In this document: in pieces, positions 56,956 to 64,000 of the stretch
How positions within the stretch are numbered: position 1 is the first letter of the stretch
How the letters are laid out: every line of letters starts with the position of its first letter
NCBI GenBank assembly: GCA_022799755.1
Contig: JAAWOU010000005.1
Span: 6,878-70,877, forward strand
Source of the DNA: Lachnospiraceae bacterium
Lineage (GTDB): Bacteria > Bacillota > Clostridia > Lachnospirales > Lachnospiraceae
DNA: 64,000 nucleotides
Direction: 5' to 3'
Position numbers and translations under genes: made by a program
The notes under the pieces: generated by a model
Told to the model about the DNA's origin: nothing
Seen by the model: only the letters and a program-made list of their open reading frames with translations
The model's database searches: none

Positions 56956-57870
56956 TTACTCAAATATATTTTCTACAGCATCATCAAATATTTGCCTAAT
57001 CTTATCTTTTGACAACTCATTTTTCACATATCTACTTACATTGCTGTCAATATATGGTGATGTTTTAAGTATTTCCTTTAATTCTCTGCAAACTGCTTCT
57101 TTTGATTCAGCAAAGGCCACGCCATAATACCGATTGTTCCAAATTACTTTTTTGCCTTTTATGAGCCCTTCAATCACTGACATAGACAAACCATCATGCT
57201 TAATAAAGCGAACTACAATCGAAACCTTGTCATAAAGAGCCTCCATCCTTTCCTTATCCAACCACCCATGGGCTGTCACATTACCATATTTTTTAAATAT
57301 TTCTCCTCCTGAATTAGCAACAATATGAAATGGAACATTTGGAAATTGTTCAAAGACATAGCATAATTCCTTATAACCATAATGTTCTAACCTATGCTCC
57401 GGCATATAAATCATAACTGCATGTGTATCTGGCATCTTGCCTACACTCAGGTTCATATTAAATGGGACAATTGGAAGCACTGTAGCCTTTATTCCGATTG
57501 ATTGTAGTTCCTCCTTTAAAGGTTCGAAGCATACAAAATGACAGTCAATAAACGGATGTCCTAAGAAACCAACTTCCCCGGAAATTGCATTCAAAACATC
57601 TGTTCCAATCCAATGTGTAACAACTTTTTTTCCTATTAATTTCGCATATGATGCCTTTGCCCAAAAATAACTACCTGAATAGACATTATATAACATATCA
57701 CATTCACTGATTACTTTTCTGTACAAAAGTTCTTTTTCTTCTTTTGATTTATTACTACTAAAGATATTTTGTATATTTGTGACTTGATAACCAGACTCGA
57801 TTAATATTGGTATGATGTGTTCAATCTGACTAGAACCCATAACAGCTATTTTTATATCATTACGCTTCAT
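56956..57870 (-). CDS. GT-B/GT4-like glycosyltransferase
   Basis: HWIGTDV, HGWL, HDGLSMSVIEGL..GK. Confidence 0.65.
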   Translation of the reverse strand: MKRNDIKIAVMGSSQIEHIIPILIESGYQVTNIQNIFSSNKSKEEKELLYRKVISECDMLYNVYSGSYFWAKASYAKLIGKKVVTHWIGTDVLNAISGEVGFLGHPFIDCHFVCFEPLKEELQSIGIKATVLPIVPFNMNLSVGKMPDTHAVMIYMPEHRLEHYGYKELCYVFEQFPNVPFHIVANSGGEIFKKYGNVTAHGWLDKERMEALYDKVSIVVRFIKHDGLSMSVIEGLIKGKKVIWNNRYYGVAFAESKEAVCRELKEILKTSPYIDSNVSRYVKNELSKDKIRQIFDDAVENIFE

Positions 57871-57885
57871 ATTCTTCTGCCTTTC

Positions 57886-59085
57886 TTATATTTTATCTTT
57901 TAGATAATTCCATATATCAGCTCCATAATAAGATTCAGTTTTTCTGCAAGATTCTATACTCTTTCTAATACTCAGAATTAAATTTTTTAAATTGCAGCAA
58001 GTAAAACTTGATTCATAACCTAAAAAAAATTGTTTACTATTATCATCAAATAGCATACCAATACATTCATTATCTTCCTCTTCCATTTTACATTGGTTAA
58101 AAGGTCCCATATCCATTGTAATGGTATCTAACACATGCCAGTTTTGTCGTGTAACAGAATATAAATATAGTCTTTTATTATACATGGTAGAACTATAATA
58201 AGCCATCTTTTCATCATCAATTCTATTTGGACAATCATTTAGCCAAAAACAATTTTGAGGGAATATATTGCTAATGCTCTTACTTCTTACATCTATTTTT
58301 AAAATAATATTCGCATAATATGGAATAAGCAATACATCATTCTCTGTTTTGTACATGTTTAGATAAGCATATCCTTTCACACTCCTAAAACTATCCGGAA
58401 AATCCGCAATTTCATAGGTCTCTCCTGCCTCCTTTTTCCATAAAGTAACCGCACACTTGTCACTATGAGGCATTACATAGTATCCCTGTGCTTTTGTAAT
58501 TCCCCAATAATGATTATTCTTGTCTCCTACAAGGCTTATTTCTATAATATTTTTGCAAATGTTATATTGATAAACTCTATTTGAATTGCTGTCTACAGCT
58601 AAAATAATATCATTATCTATTTCAAAGCATTTTTCAAAACATATATTGTGATCTGTTATTTGGATTTCTTCCCAATCATCATTATCTATATCATACTTAA
58701 GTAGATAATTACTCTGATATGGCAATAGATATAATGTCCTATTCTGATACAAAATGGAATTATTACGAAACGTTTTTCCATTCGGTAAACATGTTAGCAC
58801 ATCTATTTCACCAGAAGAAAAATTATATGCATAGATCGTTTTACTTCCATTCAGCAAAATTAACATTCTATTCCCAATATCTACGATTTTATCATTAAGC
58901 TTTCGATGAAAAAAACTGTTTCCCCAAGGCATACATGGTATTCTAATATGCTTTCTTATTTGAAACGAATGCATATCCATTCCCATAATTTGATTCCCAC
59001 CATTTTGTATAAACCAAATCATCCCATCCTTGATACATAATCCTACCGGCAACACTACCGACTTCCACAGCGTAGTTTCTTTCAC
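57886..59085 (-). CDS. Hypothetical protein, probable beta-propeller
   Basis: Repeated short strands (LYLLPY, YYVMPH, VLLIPY..IL.ID) and a C-terminal G.DIW..LK tail. Confidence 0.6.
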   Translation of the reverse strand: MKETTLWKSVVLPVGLCIKDGMIWFIQNGGNQIMGMDMHSFQIRKHIRIPCMPWGNSFFHRKLNDKIVDIGNRMLILLNGSKTIYAYNFSSGEIDVLTCLPNGKTFRNNSILYQNRTLYLLPYQSNYLLKYDIDNDDWEEIQITDHNICFEKCFEIDNDIILAVDSNSNRVYQYNICKNIIEISLVGDKNNHYWGITKAQGYYVMPHSDKCAVTLWKKEAGETYEIADFPDSFRSVKGYAYLNMYKTENDVLLIPYYANIILKIDVRSKSISNIFPQNCFWLNDCPNRIDDEKMAYYSSTMYNKRLYLYSVTRQNWHVLDTITMDMGPFNQCKMEEEDNECIGMLFDDNSKQFFLGYESSFTCCNLKNLILSIRKSIESCRKTESYYGADIWNYLKDKI

Positions 59086-59672
59086 ATCATTTCTCCCTTA
59101 GAAACCTTTAAAGTCAAACCAACATTAGTTAGTTGATATTCCCGACGACAGCATATACATCTAAAATTTTTCCTAAGTTTACACCCACACTCACAAACCC
59201 ATCCAATCTGCCTTGCAGGAACTCCTGCAAAAAGCGCATAATCTGGTATATCTGTTGTTACCACTGCCCCCGCTGCCACCATAGCCCATTTTCCTATTGT
59301 GTGCCCACATACAATTGTGGCGTTGGCACCAATACTTGTTCCAATTTTTACCAGTGTCCTTTTGTATTCTGTCTTTCTCTTAGGATATTTCGCCCTGGGT
59401 GTCAAATCATTTGTAAACACCATGGACGGACCACAAAATACATAATCTTCCAGTTCAACGCCCTCATAAATAGAGACATTGTTCTGAACTTTCACCCCAT
59501 TCCCAATTTTCACATTTCCTGCCACATTTACATTCTGTCCAAAGGAACAGTTCTCTCCAATCCGGGCTTTCGACTGTATATGGCAAAAATGCCATATCTT
59601 TGTTCCATCCCCTATTATGACATCATCGTCTATATAGCTGCTTTCGTGAATAAAATAAGGCATCACAACCAT
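59082..59672 (-). CDS. Hexapeptide-repeat N-acetyltransferase, WbpD/WlbB-like
   Basis: [51 protein letters not shown]. Confidence 0.9.
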   Translation of the reverse strand: MVVMPYFIHESSYIDDDVIIGDGTKIWHFCHIQSKARIGENCSFGQNVNVAGNVKIGNGVKVQNNVSIYEGVELEDYVFCGPSMVFTNDLTPRAKYPKRKTEYKRTLVKIGTSIGANATIVCGHTIGKWAMVAAGAVVTTDIPDYALFAGVPARQIGWVCECGCKLRKNFRCICCRREYQLTNVGLTLKVSKGEMM

Positions 59673-60799
59673 TCCTTTGCGTATTCAGCAATCATTTTTC
59701 CCACAAGGGTGACTTCTTCCCTGCTCAAATAGGGATGAAACGGCAGAGACAAAACGGTTTGGGATAATTCCGTAGATACCAAATAATCTGTCTCATTATA
59801 TTGAAACTCCTGAAAAGCCTTTTGCCTATGCATAGGCTTTTCGTAATAGACAGCCGATGGTATCTCATTTTCACCAAGCAAATGCATAGCCCCATCCCTG
59901 CTTTCCCGTGTCGGAAATTTTACTGTATACTGCGCCCAACTGGAATAATATCCTTTCAAGATACATGGTATCTCAACTACGCCTTTTAACTGCTCGTCAT
60001 ACCATTCCGCAACGGTCTGCACCTGTCCCAATTCCCATCCCACAAACTGCGAAAATTTCCTCAAAAGTACGGCAGCCTGCAAGGTATCCAGCCTGGAATT
60101 CATGCCAATTCTCACGTTATCATATTTCGATTTTCCTTTTCCATGGACGCAATAGGAGCGTATTAAATCAGCCCATTCGTCATTGTCAGTAAAGACCGCG
60201 CCACCATCCCCATAACATCCCAAAGGCTTGGCCGGAAAAAAGCTTGTAGTGGAAATATCGCCCAAAGAGCATACCTTTTTCTCGCCTATCTTTCCGCCAA
60301 ATCCCTGCGCCCCGTCTTCCAGCACCAGCATATTATGTTTTCCAGCAACTTCCCGAATCCTGTCATACTGTGCCGGCTGCCCGAATAAATCCACCGCCAG
60401 TACAGCTGCCGATCGTAATTTTCCCTCTTTCTCTACTTTTTCAATCATCCTTTCCAGCGCATCACAATCCAAATTAAAGGTATCCCGGCGAACATCCACG
60501 AAAATCGGCACAGCGCCTACAGCACAGACCACTTCTCCACTGGCGAAGAATGTAAAATCAGGCACAAACACTGCGTCTCCCTTTCCTATCCCCCATGCCA
60601 TCAAAGCCAACTGAAGTGCGTCTGTCCCGTTTGCACAGGAAACACAATGCTTTACCCCTACATATTCCGCCAAACGTGTCTCCAACTCTGTGACCTGTTC
60701 CCCATGTATAAAATTTGCCTTTTCAATGACAGCCCTGATAGAAGCATCCATGTCTGATTTCATTGCCTGATATTGTTTTTCTAAATCGCGAAATTTCAC
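59663..60799 (-). CDS. DegT-family aminotransferase, WbpE/WlbC-like
   Basis: [40 protein letters not shown]. Confidence 0.9.
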   Translation of the reverse strand: MKFRDLEKQYQAMKSDMDASIRAVIEKANFIHGEQVTELETRLAEYVGVKHCVSCANGTDALQLALMAWGIGKGDAVFVPDFTFFASGEVVCAVGAVPIFVDVRRDTFNLDCDALERMIEKVEKEGKLRSAAVLAVDLFGQPAQYDRIREVAGKHNMLVLEDGAQGFGGKIGEKKVCSLGDISTTSFFPAKPLGCYGDGGAVFTDNDEWADLIRSYCVHGKGKSKYDNVRIGMNSRLDTLQAAVLLRKFSQFVGWELGQVQTVAEWYDEQLKGVVEIPCILKGYYSSWAQYTVKFPTRESRDGAMHLLGENEIPSAVYYEKPMHRQKAFQEFQYNETDYLVSTELSQTVLSLPFHPYLSREEVTLVGKMIAEYAKEWL

Positions 60800-60802
60800 G
60801 TC

Positions 60803-61876
60803 TCAACCAAACCTCCCAACAAAGTCTGTAGTTGCGCAATTCGTTAGAGGAAACCTTATTGGTCTTCCCTCTGCCGCCGACTTATATATTGCAAGCACAA
60901 GCTCCAGTGCTTTCTTTCCCTCCATGGCATTCACATAGGGCTGCTTATCATGCTGTATCGAATAAATCATATCCGCATAAAGAGGTTTATGCCCATATCC
61001 ATAGACAGAGGGAGGGTTTTCATGAAATCGCTCTTTCACCTGTTTCGGGTCATCCAGCATATCCGAAAAATTCCATTCCTCAATGATGTTGACCGACTGT
61101 CCCCCTGCCTTTACAGTTCCTTTCTCCCCAAATATGTATAGAGTCTCCTCCAGGTTCTTTGGATATATATCTGTCGTACCCTCTACTATCCCATAACTTC
61201 CATTTGTGAATCGAATAAGCGCTATGCCAAAGTCCTCTGCATCAATGTAATCATGGTTAAGTCGATCTGTCATACCCACAACCTCCTCGACCTCTCCCCC
61301 CATCATCCAGCGGAGTAGATCTATATTGTGGATACATTGATTCATGAGAGCTCCTCCGTCCTGTTCCCATGTTCCCCGCCATGAGGCTCTGTCATAATAC
61401 TCATGGTCTCTGCACCATCTAATGTGCGCCGTACCATAAAAAAGCTTTCCGAAACGCTTCATGTCAATGGCCTCCCTGATTATCTGAACGGACTTGTTGA
61501 ATCGGTTCTGATGGCAGGCACACACTTTCACATGATGCCTGATAGATGCTGCAATAATTGCGTCAGCATCTTTTATAGAGAGCGCTATAGGCTTTTCTAT
61601 GATGCAATTTACGCCTCTCTCAATGCAATCCAGCGCGATTTTGGCATGCTTTCCGCTTTCCGTGCAGATCGCTACCAGTTCCGGCTTTTCCTCTTCAAGC
61701 ATTTCCTGATAGTCTATATAGGTTCTTGTCCCGCCACCAAGCTTGAATTTCAGTTTCTTGTCCTCCATACACTCCTGATTCACATCACAGACTGCGGCAA
61801 TCTCCAGACCATTCCCCTGTGCGGCCGCGATATGGTTTGGCGAAATTCTTCCGCAGCCGATTAACGAATATTTCAC
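60803..61876 (-). CDS. Gfo/Idh/MocA oxidoreductase, WbpB/WlbA-like
   Basis: IGCGRIS, IEKPIA, HQNRFN, WRGTWEQDGGALMNQCIH. Confidence 0.9.
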   Translation of the reverse strand: MKYSLIGCGRISPNHIAAAQGNGLEIAAVCDVNQECMEDKKLKFKLGGGTRTYIDYQEMLEEEKPELVAICTESGKHAKIALDCIERGVNCIIEKPIALSIKDADAIIAASIRHHVKVCACHQNRFNKSVQIIREAIDMKRFGKLFYGTAHIRWCRDHEYYDRASWRGTWEQDGGALMNQCIHNIDLLRWMMGGEVEEVVGMTDRLNHDYIDAEDFGIALIRFTNGSYGIVEGTTDIYPKNLEETLYIFGEKGTVKAGGQSVNIIEEWNFSDMLDDPKQVKERFHENPPSVYGYGHKPLYADMIYSIQHDKQPYVNAMEGKKALELVLAIYKSAAEGRPIRFPLTNCATTDFVGRFG

Positions 61877-61893
61877 AATATTACCTCCATCAA

Positions 61894-63252
61894 TTACTTT
61901 CTTAGTTTTGTCATTAGCTTTATCAGCTGTTTAGTCAATACTTGGTAGTCATATCTTCCTAATTCTTCCATATTGGGCTGGTAACTGACTCTCCCATTCT
62001 GCACTTTCTCTTTGTATTGTCTTTCCAGATATTGTTTCAGTCCCTCATAATCTTTCTTGTGATGTGAAACTTCATATGCATAGCCAATGTTTGTCTTTCG
62101 CACAATGTCCGCCAATTCACTTTTCTCAATATCTCCTGTAATGATTGCGATTACAGGACATCCCGATGTCATATATTCGAAGATTTTCCCTGTAATCACA
62201 CCGCCCTCATTTTCCTGATAATCATAAGATGCACACAGCAAAATATCAGCCCCACTTTGTAGAGTCATTGCATCTTGGCGTGACAGCTTTCCACGATATT
62301 CACAATAGCGACTCAATCCATATTTTCCGGCCTGGCTCTGAAATATCTCAAATGCAGAAAGATTTCCGGCAAAATAAAATTCTATACTTCCCTGCGTGAA
62401 AACTTTTTTCCTCATCAAATCAGCTACTGCACGAAATAAAACAGACAAATCCATCAATCCGCCATACATGGAACCAGTAAAAGCAAATGTCAGCTTGTTA
62501 CAGGTTATCTTCTCTCTATTTGTCCCTTTTCGGTCTTCCCAATCATACCCGTTCGTAATACAGGACACCTTTTTTCGGTTTCTTGGCGGTACACGCCTGC
62601 AAATTCCTTTGGATACACCGATGATTCCGTCTGCATTTTTCCATATGAATTTTTCATAGCATTTCGGTATTAAGCTCACATATGATGGTGTGAATTTATA
62701 TCTATAAACTGCATCTCTTACATCAAAAAGCCATACTGTCTTTTTATGATGCCTGTGAAAATACTTGCCCACAAAATAGCTGAAAGAATCTCCGTAAGAG
62801 GTAATCAAATATTCATAATTGTCTAATTCTTCCAAATATTTTTTAATACTTCTGTATAAATCAATCTGTCTAATCTGTCCGACCAGATATTCTATGCTCC
62901 CCAGTACCGGATAGGCCGTTTCATATGGATAAAACTCAACATGTCCTGTCCTTGGATTTATCTTTTTTCGATTGTTGAGATTACTGAATCGTTTCTCTTT
63001 GAAAGGCGCTATGCATTTCTTAAATATTTTTTCAAATCTCAAAAACATGGCTGAATTGGATGCATATATTGTCTCAATGCCGCATATATCTTTTTTTAAT
63101 AATTCATCTTCTGGAAGATTTCTCTTCATTTCGGTAATACAATCCACTTTCAAACCATATTGTTTTAAATATTTTGCGAACTTTGTTACTCTGATTGCAG
63201 CAATTGTATTATCCGGAGCAAAATAATTGCATACCAACAATACTTTATCCAT
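61894..63252 (-). CDS. GT4-like glycosyltransferase
   Basis: YFAPDN..R..KFAKYL, DVRD, ITNGYD, FTGSMY, GKIFEYM. Confidence 0.85.
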   Translation of the reverse strand: MDKVLLVCNYFAPDNTIAAIRVTKFAKYLKQYGLKVDCITEMKRNLPEDELLKKDICGIETIYASNSAMFLRFEKIFKKCIAPFKEKRFSNLNNRKKINPRTGHVEFYPYETAYPVLGSIEYLVGQIRQIDLYRSIKKYLEELDNYEYLITSYGDSFSYFVGKYFHRHHKKTVWLFDVRDAVYRYKFTPSYVSLIPKCYEKFIWKNADGIIGVSKGICRRVPPRNRKKVSCITNGYDWEDRKGTNREKITCNKLTFAFTGSMYGGLMDLSVLFRAVADLMRKKVFTQGSIEFYFAGNLSAFEIFQSQAGKYGLSRYCEYRGKLSRQDAMTLQSGADILLCASYDYQENEGGVITGKIFEYMTSGCPVIAIITGDIEKSELADIVRKTNIGYAYEVSHHKKDYEGLKQYLERQYKEKVQNGRVSYQPNMEELGRYDYQVLTKQLIKLMTKLRK

Positions 63253-63273
63253 AAGATATTCCTCTCGCCTGAT

Positions 63274-64000
63274 TTATTCTCTTTCTTCCGGTATACAATC
63301 AATAAGATATGCATTCTGCGTCATTATCGGTATCCCAACTTTCTGACACAGATGCATTACTGAACTCCAGTCCCCATAATACCCATCACTCAAACAAACC
63401 GCACGGTCCATATCGCTGGTATCGTCATAAATTCCCCAGCACTCTTTCCTGTATGCTTCAACGATCCTTTTATACTCCTCCCCTAGTTGCGGCCGCATAC
63501 TCTCAATTGTAGCCCCAAACAGAGGATGCGGTCGCCACAATAGTACCACCTCATCCCGCATCTCATAAAAAATACGGAACACATCCCTCATCTTCACCAA
63601 ATACTGCTCATTATACTGTAGCAGGGCCGTCACCGTCGTATTATAAAAAATAATCTTCTTCCAACTCCCATCCGGTTTTCGGATAACTTTCATCCACTCC
63701 TCCGGGATCTCCAGCTCCTCTTTCCTGGTATTCAGCACCTTATCCACCTTAGGCGACCCCAGCCCCAGTATCTTCCTCTCCCAATACCCCCTGCTTCGTC
63801 CCTGCCCTGACATGAACTCAGTCAGTACATTAATATAAGCCTGCCGCATGTCCTCCGACTGAACAATCACTTCATCCGCATACGCCACTCCGGGCACCAG
63901 ACAGAACTTTTCTATCGCTTTCAGTTCCTCCCTGTTCTCCGGATCAATCTCCCCCAATATAAAATAAGGTATATATACTAGTTTCTCCGTAAACGTCTTC
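63274..64000 (-). CDS. CDP-glycerol:glycerophosphate-transferase-like conserved protein (5' partial)
   Basis: VIVQSE, LGSPKVD, WRPHP, DGYYGDWSS. The frame is open to the window edge (..EKLVYIPYFILGE). Confidence 0.7.
   Translation of the reverse strand, partial: KTFTEKLVYIPYFILGEIDPENREELKAIEKFCLVPGVAYADEVIVQSEDMRQAYINVLTEFMSGQGRSRGYWERKILGLGSPKVDKVLNTRKEELEIPEEWMKVIRKPDGSWKKIIFYNTTVTALLQYNEQYLVKMRDVFRIFYEMRDEVVLLWRPHPLFGATIESMRPQLGEEYKRIVEAYRKECWGIYDDTSDMDRAVCLSDGYYGDWSSVMHLCQKVGIPIMTQNAYLIDCIPEERE

Overview
Chromosomal window from a GC-rich, probably gut-associated Lachnospiraceae-like Firmicute (taxon inferred from gene content). Bases 1-42.6 kb are mostly minus-strand core and accessory genes: GH18 chitinase, argS, AraC/GH2, queH, sod, carAB, PfkB kinase, recJ, a NahK-like kinase, YitT, YfhO and an IspD/TarI plus Zn-dehydrogenase pair. 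A FecCD/BtuCDF-type ABC importer sits next to a large CoA-disulfide-reductase/rhodanese/siroheme-reductase/ferredoxin fusion, and is split by a ~4 kb insertion (IS200 tail, RelB-YoeB toxin-antitoxin pair, ytvI fragment, MATE/MerR). A BlaI/M56/lipoprotein module has an XAC2610-like sensor domain and a frameshifted repressor. From 42.7 kb there is an Rpn-family nuclease with a strong internal start, a dead IS200 and a visibly AT-rich glycan locus. That locus has a WbpA/B/E/D-like diaminouronate pathway split by a cassette with radical SAM/SPASM, methyltransferase, a second aminotransferase, an AsnB-like ligase and glycosyltransferases, followed by a GNAT-formyltransferase fusion. A family of short MITE-like repeats lies in several intergenic regions. 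I saw no CRISPR array, rRNA or tRNA. All calls come from reading motifs; no searches were run.
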